Shown piece by piece: positions 24,521-37,096 of a stretch of 64,000 nucleotides of DNA (positions are counted from its first letter, which is position 1; each line of letters starts with the position of its first letter). The stretch lies in assembly GCF_001194135.2 (NCBI RefSeq), contig NC_068989.1, positions 130,576 through 194,575 of the forward strand. Direction: 5' to 3'. Below the pieces are notes generated by a model. It was given only the letters and a program-made list of their open reading frames with translations. It made no database searches and was not told the origin of the DNA. The position numbers and the translations under genes are program-made. The DNA is from Octopus bimaculoides. Its lineage: Eukaryota.

Positions 24521-25166
24521 GTAAGAATCTGAGCACTTTGAAGTATTCGATTATTTACCTGTTACTTTATATGATGTTTATAATTAGCTATTTCCCTTTT
24601 TCTGTTCTGAAATAGAATTACATATTAACTTGCTTGTTACAAGTAGAATTTGTTTTGTTAAAAGATAAGCTGAGTAAAGTTTTAAATGTTTTTAATCATC
24701 ACATTAGCAATCTATTTTATATCTCCAAATGAAATTTGTCAGATTTATTCAGTTGGTTTTATCTACTTCTGTTTTTGGCTTCATTTGTCGGAAATTAACA
24801 TTTATAAATTTTCAAGATTATTTTATATTTGTTCATTGATGGTCATGAATATACAAACCTTCTTTATTCTCTTCACAACTTAGCTTTGATTCCAAAACAT
24901 TTTGAAGGCATTTTGATTTACGTTATGAAAATCTTTGGAAAGGCACAATCCTTAAAATATGTACCCTATCTACTATATCCTAAAAATCTCAAGCTTCCTA
25001 GTTTTCCCTTAATAATTGAACCTTTTTTATATTTTTCATATAACTCACATACAATTTATTCATATACTTAAGTCATCACAGCCCGAAAGGTAATCTACTT
25101 AAAAAGCCTTGATATTTTTTTAGTTGAAATTTTCTTACCACTACTTCAATGTTTTATATTATCCAG

Positions 25167-25312
25167 GTATTGCAAGGTAAATTTGATGAATTTAAGTGGA
25201 ATATTGAAGCAGGTGTTGAACGTTTCAATCGATGTGACAAACTTGCTGGCTTATTAATAGAAGGAGATGGACCATATGCCAATGAAGTTCGCAAGAAACA
25301 AGAAAGTTTAGC
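25167..25312 (+). CDS. SPTBN5: betaH-spectrin exon 18
   Basis: tccag|...|gtgagt; VLQGKFDEFKWNIEAGVERFNRC...KKQESL(A); 146 nt, phase 0->2. Confidence 0.94.
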
Positions 25313-26070
25313 GTGAGTGTGTTTTCTCTTGTCATGCTTAAAGACAAATCTTGAATTCTAAGATGAATAAAATATCCCTCCAAAAAAAAAAAACAAATCC
25401 AGAATTTATTAAGATTATAATAAACTGAAGCTTCTATTCCGACAGTTTATACAAAGTCTGAGTTGTTCGAACTTTCCATCACCCATCAATATTATGTTAC
25501 AATTAGCTCTGTTTATAAATGTTTTTTCAACTGCATGATTAAATTTCACAATTTGTTTAATTGCTTGGAAAATCTACTTAAGATATCTAATGCTACAACC
25601 GATATCAAAGTTGAGGTCAAGAGAGAGAGAGAGTGAAAGGAGTATAATCTTTTTCGACAAGAAGTTTTTTTTTAAAAACCCTTGTTTTGTTTAATTTCTG
25701 GGATAATTTGAATTTATTTTTAAATAATAATTTAAGCAGCTTAATTTTCAAAATTATAGAAATGATAATTAGTTGGATTTTATTGTTCCTCTCCAAAGTT
25801 GAATTTTTTTTTTTCTGATTCGCAGAAATAATAAGTTTAATTAAAATAACTTGGAATATTTGGTTACATTCTTCTATGTCTTACAAAGATGACTTGGTAT
25901 TTCATCTTTTTGGTTCATAAAAGAACATTTTCTGTAAATTGCTGATTCTAATCCACTCCTACAAACATTAATCTTGTATTAATATTTACAGGAAATGAAA
26001 CAGAAATGATCTTAACCTTCAATACTGCAAAAGTTTCCATTCCAAAATCAAATTTTTCTGACTATTCCTA

Positions 26071-26460
26071 GGTGCACCCATGTCTGTGTGTAGGTAAGAA
26101 GTTTGCTTCTCAACCAGATGGTTTGAGGTTCAGACTCACTGTGTGGCAAGTGTCTTCTGCTATAGCCCTAGGTTGACCAAAGCCTTATCAGTGGATTTGA
26201 TAGAAGGGAAACTGGAAGAAGCCTGCTGTATCTACATATGTGTGTGTGTGTCGCTGTCTTTTTGCCTTGTGATATTTGTCAGCCTGTGTTACTGTCATGC
26301 AAATGTTCTTCATTTCCTATCTTCTGTGAAAACATGCTTAGGTCGGGGGGGGGGGAACATGAGGGCTAGCAACAGGAAGGGCATCCAGCCAGAGAAAGTC
26401 TGCCTCCACATATTTCTTCTCACTCGTGCAAGCAGGGAAAAGTGCAATGATGATGATGAC
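26071..26460 (+). mobile_element. tRNA-derived SINE (family A) with RTE-like 3' tail
   Basis: Head ggtaagaagtttgcttctcaacc...ggttcagactc; tail aggaagggcatccagcc...aatgatgatgatgac. Confidence 0.7.
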
Positions 26461-26594
26461 CTACTGGTCTTGTGGTTATTTTCATTGGTTTACATCATTA
26501 TCATTCAATTTTTGATTGACTTGGCCTTTTTGTGTTGTGTTTGTTTCTACTGCAATATCTCAGTACTTTATCTATAATGTCTTTTGTTTTGCAG

Positions 26595-26709
26595 AGACTC
26601 TTGGAATCAGCTGCTGGTTCAGATAGAAACACGTCAAGAAAAGCTGCGTGCTGCAAGTCAGCTGCACCGTTTCAGTCGCGATGTTGCTGATGCTCTCGAT
26701 AGAATCCAG
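26595..26709 (+). CDS. SPTBN5: betaH-spectrin exon 19
   Basis: tgcag|...|gtaaga; DSWNQLL...HRFSRDVADALDRIQ; 115 nt, phase 2->0. Confidence 0.95.
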
Positions 26710-27202
26710 GTAAGAATCTATCAGGTTAAATGTAGTTAGATAACTAAGGCGTTTCCATTTGTAATGCAGCGTTGTGAGTTGGTATTCTACTACAAACATT
26801 TTTCTTCTAGCAAGGCAATCCACTCTAGTTTTGTCCTACTTTAACTGGAAAGTAACTACTTGTCCATTTGAGAGAATTACTATGTGACAGATAATGTTCT
26901 TCAAGAAGAAATTTGCTTCTTATTTGTTTTGAAATTCTGAAACTTATAACTTCTTTCTTCTGATCACTCAGTAGGGACTGGGCTCACTCAGTCACTGGGT
27001 GTGGTTTCGTTATCATCACTATTATACTTTTAAAATAATATAGGAATGTTTTAATGGTTTAGCTGAATAAAATGACCAAACAAATAGCAGCAGTTCCATG
27101 AACGAATATTTATTAGAAGGTCTCATTTATGTATAAGAAATTATTTCTTTTGTTTATTTACTATGGAGATTCAAATGCTAATATTGGCAAATATATTTGC
27201 AG

Positions 27203-27313
27203 GAAAAACGAAGCAGCATTCCTGATGACCTTGGCAGAGACATGCAAACAACTGCAAGTTACCAAAAGAGACATGAAGTGTTTGAAAATGATCTGATGGC
27301 TTTAGAGGCACAG
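27203..27313 (+). CDS. SPTBN5: betaH-spectrin exon 20
   Basis: tgcag|...|gtaaaa; EKRSSIPDDLGRDMQ...HEVFENDLMALEAQ; 111 nt, phase 0->0. Confidence 0.95.
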
Positions 27314-27486
27314 GTAAAATGCAGTTATCAACTACCACCATGTTCTCCTCGATCATAGAGTTCAGTTCAATCAACTTCTCCTGTCAATCTACTTTTGAAT
27401 AATTTCAAGACTTTTATTCCAAGAAGTGTTGCATGTCTTGTGAGACATATATTTTGCATGCCAATGACTTTTTTCTCTCTCCACAG

Positions 27487-27669
27487 CTTCAAGTACTGAT
27501 GGATGATTCTTCTCATTTGCTAAAAGTCTATACTTCTGAGGAGCTAAGAAATAGCATTATTAATTCTAAGGAAGAAATCCTTGCTAAGTGGAGTGAATTA
27601 CAAGAAATGGCAGAATTACGCAAAGAGAAACTAGCTGCAGCTGCTAATTACCATCATTTTCAGACTTCA
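27487..27669 (+). CDS. SPTBN5: betaH-spectrin exon 21
   Basis: cacag|...|gtaagt; LQVLMDDSSHL...KWSELQE...HHFQTS; 183 nt, phase 0->0. Confidence 0.95.
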
Positions 27670-28200
27670 GTAAGTTTATCTAGAATTTTCTACCTGATTT
27701 TTAGAAATAAATTTTTAAAAAAAGAAATAGTAACTATTTTTAACTTCGACAGAAGGGCAACAGTTTTGAGAAGATGAATTAGTTAGTCCCATGGACTGCA
27801 ATACTTGACTTGCAGAATGCTTTGATGTGAAGTTGTAGCTTCTGTCAGTCTCAAGATATTCAAACATGTGAGAGAAATATGTATCAAGTATTTATTCTTC
27901 AATCATGTCTTCTTTTCTGGCATATTCAGAATTACTTTATCCTTTGTATTGAACCAGTTTTGGAAGCTGTATTTCAGAAAGATTTAGTTGCAATTTTTTA
28001 AGGTTTAGTCCTGTATAGAAGCTTGCTTACAAGTTCACTGTAATTAGTTTGCAATACTGAGTTCAATACATTGCACAGTAAAAAATTAGTCAATTTCAGA
28101 ATCTTATCCCAGAATGAAAGAGCTTATCGTTCATTTGTTTATTTCTTCAGAAACTTCAATGATGCTATGAATCCTTGTGATTCACAAAATACTAGCAAAA

Positions 28201-28581
28201 TCATCATCATCATCATCATCATCGTTTAACGTCCGCTTTCCATGCTAGCACGGGTTGAACGATTTGACTGAGGACTGGTGAAACCGGATGGCAACACCAG
28301 GCTCCAATCTAATTTGGCAGAGTTTCTACAGCTGGATGCCCTTCCTAACGCCAACCACTCAGAGTGTAGTGGGTGCTTTTACGTGTCACCCGCAAGAAAA
28401 CGGCCACGCTCGAAATGGTGTTTTTTATGTGCCACCCGCACAAGAGCCAGTCCAGGGGCACTGGCAACGATCTCGCTCGAAAACCCTACAAAGCCAGTCA
28501 GGCGGTACTGGCAACGGTCACGCTCAGGATGGTACATCTTATGTGCCACCCGCACAAGAGCCAGTCCATGGGCCCTGGCAA
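28201..28581 (-). mobile_element. Young RTE 3' UTR copy
   Basis: (CAT)n then cgtttaacgtccgctttccatgctagc; near-identical to 39721, 40052 and 63781. Confidence 0.9.
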
Positions 28582-29214
28582 CAAAATGTTTTGTAAATTT
28601 TTTTACAGAGTAATTAGCATTTGTTTATTGCTAAGATAATCAGAAATAAATTCCTTTTGAGAGAGTGCCAAGATTCATGAGAAGAGTTGATAATTCCATT
28701 GTGTACCATTTCCATATGGGTTTGGAACTATACCAATTTCACATTAATCTAGGAACTTTGTACTACTTTCCAGTGTGTACAGTTCCATGTGAACTATTGG
28801 AAGTCTGTACTAGTGCTTATGCTCCTCTCTTGGAACTCTAAATTGTTTTATGTGATATCTTGAAATTTTTCATGTTCTCCGTCTATCTTTGGACTATTCT
28901 TTGTGACGTTACACCTGTTTACCGTTCTCTGCAGCATCTGTGAATTGTTTACTTCTCTCTGTGTATCGAAGAGCTGTATACTGTTTCTGATGTGGTTTTG
29001 GTATCATGTTTAAGTCTTAGAATTATTTTCATTGCATGGATCTTCAAAATATTTACAATTCTTCAGAAATATTCTATTTGCTACATTATAAAATCACAAT
29101 ATAAGAAAGATAACCATGTCAAAGACAACTGTTTGATTTCTGGATACCTTAAATTTCGATGTGTAATTTTTAATGTATTTTCATTACAAACTGTTTAATT
29201 GTTCTGTTATAAAG

Positions 29215-29418
29215 GTGCGAGAACTTCTTGGTTGGGCTTCTGAAATTGAACGGGAGATGAGCTCTGAACCTCAAGTTAGAGATTTACAAGCTGTACTTCA
29301 ATTAGAGAACCGGTATAATGAACTAAAAGCTGAGATTGATGCTCGTCAGGATATATTTCTTCAAGTTGCTGACGAAGGAGCCCAAATGATTGAAAATAAA
29401 CATTATGCAAAGGCAGAG
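29215..29418 (+). CDS. SPTBN5: betaH-spectrin exon 22
   Basis: taaag|...|gtatct; VRELLGWASE...LKAEIDARQD...HYAKAE; 204 nt, phase 0->0. Confidence 0.93.
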
Positions 29419-30642
29419 GTATCTATGATTTTTCTATAGTTTATTAATATTAAAAGGTAAATGCTGTGGTGAAAGAAACTGTGTGTTGGATGCAAATGAA
29501 AGGACTGAGACACCTTTCCTTTTTGGCTACGTTTTCTTTGGCATCTTCAAGTTTCACTTGAAGAAAGTAAGGGTGGAGAGGGAGTTAGGGTTAGGGTTAG
29601 AATTCTCTTGCCCAATAAATTTATTGAAAGTTTAGTGGGAGTATCAAATCTGGCCCAAGATAATGGGCTTGCTCTTATATATTGTATTTGTAAATTGGAG
29701 AATAGCAGTTTGGAAAAGATACTTGACTGTGGCTTTCAGGGAAATCAGATTTATGAGTTTCCTTGATTGGTCCTGAGTTACCTCCATTTTTGGATGTTTC
29801 TTTGTTATTTCTTGTTTTTGTTATTTTGCTATTTTCTCAATCTGAAGCCCCAATACACTCCCCAGCATTTTGGGTCTTTGTGGCCAATAAAGCAATTATT
29901 ATTTAAATGTAAATGAACAAGGGGAATGATGGACTTAATGTCTTAGAGTTTGTAGTTTCATTTCTTTGTTGGGAGTTCAAATCTCACTGAAGTTGACCTT
30001 CTTTCTGAAGGTAAATTATTACCAGTAACAAACTGTAGGAAATTTCCTCTATTTCACTCTGTGTTACAAAAATTGGTTTGTGCTTTACATAGTCAAAAAT
30101 AAACTTCAATTCAATTGTAAATAAAAGCCACATCAGTTCTCAAAGAAAAATTTAATTGACTGTTCCACTGCTTATAGATCTTTAAAGATGCATATAAATG
30201 TAGAGGTTGTAGGTCCTAGTAACACTGGAAAGATACCTGGGCTCTACAGTAGAGACATGTCATACATGGCCTCATTTTAGATTCACTACTAATCATATTC
30301 TGTTGTTTAGAGCCATTTGATCAAAGATTTGATTGTTAACATGGAAAATATTGATGTTCTTTTTTTGTTGATTTAACATGAGTATTATGTGATTAAGACA
30401 ATATTTCAAGCAGATTGTTTGTGTAACATAATGCACCTGTGAGAATGTGCTTCTTCACGAGTTTGTTTCCCTCTGGTGAGCCTGTACATTTTCGATGGGC
30501 TTGTGTATTTTATCTGTGAACCCACACTTCTATAATGACTGTATACTCTGCAGTGATTCTGCTCCACTGTGGAAAGAGAAATACTTGGCACAAAAGTTCC
30601 TTGCCTTGAAAAAAGTTTCCTTTTTTTATTTTTCCTCCTCAG

Positions 30643-30792
30643 ATTCAGGAAAAGGTTGATCAAATTCTTTTAACTCAAGACAGACTTAATACTTTGTGGG
30701 AAAAACGCAAACAATACAACAACCAGCTTCATGGTTTGCATGTCTTTTTAAGAGATACCAATCAATTAAACAGAATTGCTTCTTCTCAAGAG
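30643..30792 (+). CDS. SPTBN5: betaH-spectrin exon 23
   Basis: ctcag|...|gtatgg; IQEKVDQ...LWEKRK...VFLRDTNQLNRIASSQE; 150 nt, phase 0->0. Confidence 0.94.
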
Positions 30793-31660
30793 GTATGGAA
30801 TTTTTTTTCGCTTCACATATTTTTCACTTAGAATATTTCAGCTAAATATTTTTTATTTATTAGTTGTTTTTTTTGTTGTTGTTGTTGTTTTTTAAGATAA
30901 CTTATCGGTTTATTGTAAACTATTTGTCTATCAGTTAACATGTTACATAAAGAAAATTATTTTAACTATGATCTAGTTGTTGTTTAGCTCCAGCTCAGCT
31001 CTGACTGAGCAGATTCATTGTGAAAGGCATTTCAACAATGATCAACCTGTCTATTTTCAAACATTTACTTGAGATGAATTTTGGATAACAAATCACACCC
31101 TATCGTCTTGAGTAGACTTGTTAAGAAGGTGTAATTTGTGGCCAATTTGGATTCTGTTCTAATTGTTTGAATGACTATTTAAGTAGATAGATACTCCCAC
31201 ATTAAACAATTTAGAATTGTGTTAAGACTATTGATACTTCTAACTAATTTGGATCTGAAAAGATAATATCAGAAACCCCTGTTTAGTTACCACTGTACAA
31301 AATGCTGTTTCATAAGTGGGATTTTTTCATTTTTTTTTTTATTATTATGATTAAAACTTTATAGTTGAGTAGAAACTTCAAACATTCAACTGCTGGGTCT
31401 GCTGAAGACATTTTCATAATTCCATTGTAAATTTGAAAATATTCAAATGGACTTAGAATTTATAAGCTGAAGTGAATCAGAAATACATAGATTGCTGTTG
31501 AAGGCATCAAATGTATATAAGAATATTTTTACATTTTCTGTATTTTGTGACTGTGTGTTATAATAACATCATCATCTTCGTCGTTTAACATCTGTTTTCC
31601 ATGCTGGCATGGGTTGGACATATTTGGTAATTGTCATCACATTTTAAAATTTCGTTTCAG

Positions 31661-31765
31661 GCTTCTCTCAACACTTCTGATTGTGGTCTGAATGTAGAAG
31701 AAGCAGAAACTCTTGCTCGTAAACATGCAAACTTTGAAAATTTGGTTGTTGCTCAGGATGAAAAA
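31661..31765 (+). CDS. SPTBN5: betaH-spectrin exon 24
   Basis: ttcag|...|gtatgt; ASLNTSDCGLNVEEAETLARKHANFENLVVAQDEK; 105 nt, phase 0->0. Confidence 0.94.
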
Positions 31766-31973
31766 GTATGTGTTATTTGAAAAGGCATTTTCCTTTTCTA
31801 TATAAAAAAATTTACAATGTAAATGTGTGCATTCTTAACTTCATTTAATACTAGAAGAATTGAACAAAGAAATTAACTAATTAACTGTAATTTCCAATTG
31901 TTCATACTGTAAAAGAATTGACCTTGATCATTTCTCTAACTATCTAGCTATAGTTCTATTCACCTGTTTTCAG

Positions 31974-32065
31974 TTGGAAAGTGTCAAGTGCCAAGCTAAA
32001 GAACTGCTGAAAAATAAACATGTATCTTCTGACATTGAAGCGCCATTGGAAGCCATCATAAAAAG
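31974..32065 (+). CDS. SPTBN5: betaH-spectrin exon 25
   Basis: ttcag|...|gtattt; LESVKCQAKELLKNKHVSSDIEAPLEAIIK(R); 92 nt, phase 0->2. Confidence 0.92.
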
Positions 32066-33111
32066 GTATTTTTCACATTTTTGTTCTATTTTCTCATTTT
32101 TTTTCTTCTGTTATTTTGATAATTTATTATTTTCCAGCTAGATAACCATATTAGAGTAGCACTAAGATCCAAGGCATTCCAGGCATGACCACCTTTTTTA
32201 TTGTTTTATTTTTTCAAGACAGTGTCTCTAATGTTCCTTTTTTAACAAAGTAGAATGTGGTTTAAAGAGATTTATCTGCTATTTCTTTAAAGTCAGGCAT
32301 AGAAATATTCTTTTGGTTCACAAAGTCTTTTGCTGACCTACTCCATGTAGTTATAAATGGATACTATAAGGATGTAGGGGTTATTCTTTAACCACAGGTC
32401 AGTCCTGATTAAACTGACCTTTCATCAAAGGCATTGACTATCCCATCTTTTGTTTCAGCTATAATGTATCCAGGAGTGTTATATTATTATTTTTAACATA
32501 CTAGGGTGTGATCTTAGAGATATTGGGCTGTTGTTTCTAGCAGGTCTAATTACTTCATAAAGGCTCCTTCATTACTGCAAAACAGGACAGTTTGTACTAA
32601 GAGATGACTGGACAACTGTTTAATTAAAGCCTACTTAACACTGTTCAGTTAAAAAACATTGCATAAGCATAGCTTGGAGATTTATGAGTTCCAAGCTATG
32701 CTCATGGAATGTTTTTTAGCTGCCCCAAGATATATTACATAAAGTATTTTCCACTATCATAATGATCCCATGTATTCTAGGACTTAATACCACTTTATAC
32801 TCTCATTTCTGCAGAGGTATCAGAAATATAAAACATTTTTGGCTGTCATATCATCTTAATTGATATTATACCATGCTGCAGTTCATATAAGATTGAAGAA
32901 CATTTGACTTTATAGTTTTAGGTGTATTTTTGTTTAAAGTAACTCTATTACAATATATTGTACCCTCATGAATACCCAATCTTGGAAATATAGATGATTG
33001 TCCAGATAGTTGTCTTGAAGAGAAATAATCAAGAGATCTAATCTTATTATACATACTAAATATATGCATAATTTATGTATTAATCTTTTATTTATTTTTT
33101 TCCTTTTGTAG

Positions 33112-33202
33112 GAGAAAATCCATAAAAAACCAATGTAATGCCAGGAAAGAAAATCTGCAGAATTCCTTAGGTTACTTCCGTTTTAAAAGAGACCAAGATG
33201 AG
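33112..33202 (+). CDS. SPTBN5: betaH-spectrin exon 26
   Basis: tgtag|...|gtaatt; RKSIKNQCNARKENLQNSLGYFRFKRDQDE; 91 nt, phase 2->0. Confidence 0.93.
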
Positions 33203-33313
33203 GTAATTTTGTTGCATATGAAATGTAAAGTGTTATGAAAGAATAATGTGACTGGTTCTCAATGAATTGTGCATTGGTTTCATCTTCTTTAGCTGGGTCT
33301 GCCTATCAAGTAT

Positions 33314-33564
33314 AAAATTAAATGCGCCCTTTTTTAAAGCCTAGCCAGGCTCATGGGCCTAGTTTCAATGGCGTATGTGTTCCCCAGCTGGACAGGATGC
33401 CAGTCCATCGCAGCGTTACTCATTTTTGCCAGTTGAGTGGACTGGAGCAACGTGAAATGAAGTGTTTTGCTCAAGAACACAACACGTCGCCTGGTCCAGG
33501 AATCGAAACCACAATCTTACAATCATGGTGCTGACACCCTAACCACTAAGCCACGTGCCTCCAC
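33314..33564 (-). mobile_element. tRNA-derived SINE with 13-bp TSD (central domain possibly Deu/Nin-like)
   Basis: Direct repeat gcctatcaagtat at 33301-33313 and 33565-33577; minus-strand head tggcttagtggttagggtgtcagc (A-box) and ggtttcgattcc (B-box). Confidence 0.85.
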
Positions 33565-34540
33565 GCCTATCAAGTATGGTTAAACAATATTGTTTAACCA
33601 TATTAGCTCTGGATCATGTTTCATCTTTGTTTCTTTTTTATCTCCTGATCAGTCCTAACGGAGCAGATCAATGATCAAAAGTATCCCAACCATATTTGTC
33701 CCATCTTTTTCCAGGCATGTCTTTACAGCTATAATATTTAGAATGTTCTTTCTTCTCTTGTAATACTGAAGGCTGTGATTTGAGGGAGATTTGTTGGGTT
33801 TTGTCTGGCAAAGTCAAGCAAAAGCATAAAGGATCCCTCAGTGAACCAAAGGATCACTTGTATGTTGCCTAGTTTAATACTCCTGCCTGGCCTTTGGGCA
33901 CTTTAGCAGAGTCCACTCTATTGTAAGCATTTAGGCCATGCCATTGGACTCAGAATAACTTCCATCCTTCCTCTCACCAATCGTAGTCCTTGAAAGTGCC
34001 ACCTTTTCTTCTTAGATGAAGCCATTCAGAATGTAAACCAGTCACTGGTAGCTATCGTTTACATTAACAAGTTTTTCAACCTAGTGCAACTTGACCATTT
34101 CATCTCCAGAGGTAACCTCTAGTTGAATATGTAATTTTTAATGGACAGGTGCATCATGTTATTCTGTGAGCTCACAGATTGTGAATTTATACCCCTTGCA
34201 TGTTTTGTGGGTTTTTCTGATAATCTCGTGTACATAAATTGATGCTGTTGTCAGGAATTAGTAATTACCAGATATTCTAGAAATATTATGTCTGCTGGAC
34301 TTTCTTTACTATCTGGAGGATATGGGGATTATTTGGTATTGACTTAATGCTTTTAAACTTTGTGTTAAGTTCAATGAGTTCTTGCAGATCTCATTGAGTT
34401 CAACCTAAAGATACATTGTATATTCCAATAATGAAATCTTGGGACTGTTTTTTTAATATGTTTAGGAGCTTCATTTTTTCGTTATTATACTATCAGTATA
34501 TTATGAAATATAAAAGTTGTCTTCATTATCTATATTATAG

Positions 34541-34699
34541 ATTGAAAACTGGATGGATGATAAGCTGAAAGTTGCTGTTGATGATGATGTTGTTAAAGAT
34601 ACTACTGATCTTAATGTGAAACTGAAGAAACTGCAGAAACACCAAGCATTTGTTTCAGAAATATATGCCAACACTGATAGGATAGAAAAGACAAAGCAG
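34541..34699 (+). CDS. SPTBN5: betaH-spectrin exon 27
   Basis: tatag|...|gtctgt; IENWMDDKLK...KLQKHQAFVSEIYANTDRIEKTKQ; 159 nt, phase 0->0. Confidence 0.93.
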
Positions 34700-34926
34700 G
34701 TCTGTTTCCAATATTTCTTTTAAATTGTTCCAATTTGTACAAATTACTAATGTTCATTTAATATTTAGCCTTCATTCTCAATAATATCCTTTCCACCTAC
34801 GTTGTGCATTGATTACTCTACCAAACCAACAAATTATTCCCCCTCCACCGTATGCCTCACTTCCCCATTTGCTATTCCTGTTTCTACCCCAACACATGCA
34901 CACTCACAATCTGCCCATCCATGTCA

Positions 34927-34967
<41 letters not shown>

Positions 34968-35384
34968 TTCTCTACCATTTCACTTTCACTCTTCTGTCTC
35001 TCTTCACCCTCTTTCTGCTGTCAGTCATCATCTTCTCTCCACTATCTCCCCACAAATCATATATCATTGGTTACCCCTCCCTTCCACCATTCACCCATCA
35101 ACCCTACTCTTCTCTACCTATCATTCTATTTCAGCCTCTCACTCATTCCCCATCTCTAGCCATCTCCTACATCTTTTTTACCCACCCACACTCTTTTCAA
35201 TTCTTCTTACCTTGTATCTTGAGGGTCCACCCTAATTCCTCCTCACCACTATTTTCCATCTATTTCCAGCTCCATCTCAGCTATGCTATGCACAGTTTAC
35301 AACGCTTGGTCCTGTTAATGTAGGGTCTTGGATTTTCATGGAGAATCTTAGAAAATCCAGGCCCCTACATAAATGGGACTGAAC

Positions 35385-35720
35385 ATTGTAAACTGTACAT
35401 AGCCAATTGGAGGAAGATATTAAAGGACTCCCTCGACCCGGGGAACATCCTTAACACCAGAATGGAAGTCTTTGAACCCTGTTTGCACTTCAGGAAATTC
35501 CTGCTGGCATCCTGGGACCCACACGATAAGAGTCGATTACGAATAACAACCAAAGGGAGACAATCCCCTGTTGTTGGCTGTAACGAAGTCTTTTCCTCCT
35601 CCATTTTCTAGAGAGGCCAGTTGCTACAGAGGCTATGACCCAACAGGTTTTGGGGTCTGATGATATGCTGTAAAGTTAAGCACTTTATGGATGTGAAACC
35701 CAGGGTAATTCCATGGACCA
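35385..35720 (+). mobile_element. Penelope-like element 3' end (GIY-YIG C-terminus plus 3' UTR)
   Basis: CKLYIANWRKILKD / NILNTRMEVFEPCLHFRKFLLA fits the PLE terminus CxLCLxEK...LNxRxE...CxHxxKFLL (one frameshift); hammerhead motif downstream. Confidence 0.75.
35651..35713 (+). ncRNA. Type I hammerhead ribozyme motif (PLE-associated, variant)
   Basis: Stem I UGGGGU(35651-56)/AUUCCA(35708-13); core CUGAUGA 35657-63; stem II hairpin 35664-94; GAA 35695-97; stem III ACCC-A-GGGU; cleavage triplet GUA (35705-07). Confidence 0.6.
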
Positions 35721-35995
35721 ACCTTATCTATCTTTATACTCTACTTCTCTATAACTTAGAGTGTGCTTCTTTTTCAGATTTATGATTTACCGATGATATA
35801 TTCAGTATATATAAAACAAATGAGTGAAAAAGTAGTCAATATATATTGTAAAATATAATTACTAAATTTACTTTGCCGATCACTTTTGAAGTGTTGCCTG
35901 AAGATTCCACAAATTGTTGTCTTCACGCTACAAATTCCTTGTAAATTTAATACATGTTCCTTTTTCTTTATTGAATTGAAATTATTATGATTCAG

Positions 35996-36184
35996 AATGG
36001 AGAAGCATTAATTAAGAAGAATTATCAAAAACAAGAGATTCAGCAATCTATCAACTCCATGACCAGTAAATGGAACAACTTGTTGCATGCAGCAGAGAGC
36101 CGAGGCAAAGGATTGGAAGCAGCTCGAGATCTTCTTAGCTTCTATGAGCAGATTGAGAAAGTGAATGTTTGGATGAGAGAAAAG
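35996..36184 (+). CDS. SPTBN5: betaH-spectrin exon 28
   Basis: ttcag|...|gtaatt; NGEALIKK...KWNNLL...RGKGLEAARDLL...VWMREK; 189 nt, phase 0->0. Confidence 0.94.
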
Positions 36185-37009
36185 GTAATTTTAATTGTGT
36201 ATCTTCAAAGAAATTAGCCAAAAGTTGTGTTTAGCCTAGGTTCAGTACCAATCAAACTGATTTAAGATGTGGCCAGTTTATTCCATTTTCTTTCCTTTAA
36301 ATTCCTATGGTGTACACTCAGGACCATATTATCAGTTTGACAATCATGTGATAATCCTATCTTTTGCGTATTTAAGACTACATTGTCTAATGTACTTTTT
36401 TTTTTCACTATTTTACTTGTTTCAGTCATTTGACTGATAGAAATGGAAATGGCAGAAGATAAACTATATAATGTACAACAGTTATTTAATTTTCCTTTTC
36501 TATATATTTGATGATATTCCCAAAGTTTTCTAAGACTTGCCTTTGCCTGGCCTTGTTGAGATTATCTTGAATATAAATATATCCTGCATATTGTTTAATT
36601 TATACCGAGTTCCAAAAACTTGTTTCTATCAGGGTAAAATTGTTTGTAGACCTCAACCTTCTTAATAAATAAAACTAACCACTGAGAATAAAATTTTATA
36701 TTTTATATTAACATTGCCATTGTGCTACTTTAACCATCTTTCTGCATGTCTGGAAAATATTTCCAAATAAATTTGTTCCTCTCTCTGGTGAAGAAGTCAT
36801 TAGTCTTTTTTTTTTTTTGTTTGTTAGGCCAGGATGTTACTGTAATAATGTGATTGCTACATCTAATATTTATACTGAATTACAATAGGGTAGTGATTGG
36901 TTGGTCTAAAATAGGGGCAATTTGGAAGAAAGATTCAGCATAATATTTAAAATTGATGGGAAAATATTGTTATCTAATCATATTTTAATCTCTTCTGTAT
37001 TATTTTCAG

Positions 37010-37096
37010 GAAATATTAGTCAATGCTGGAGATATGGGACGGGACTATGAACATTGTTTGGAACTTTTAAAGAAAGTCAACAATCAAGATGCCGCT
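37010..37096 (+). CDS. SPTBN5: betaH-spectrin exon 29
   Basis: ttcag|...|gtaagt; EILVNAGDMGRDYEHCLELLKKVNNQDAA; 87 nt, phase 0->0. Confidence 0.94.

Noticed and set aside
34802-35323. Long ORFs as novel genes (also 46189-46698, 15253-15846, 26143-26577)
   Set aside because: They arise from pyrimidine-rich or microsatellite sequence, N runs, or antisense frames of TEs.
35790-35825. Hammerhead-like ccgatga-tatat...atata-taaaac
   Set aside because: Two core positions are wrong, and the stem is AT low-complexity sequence expected by chance.
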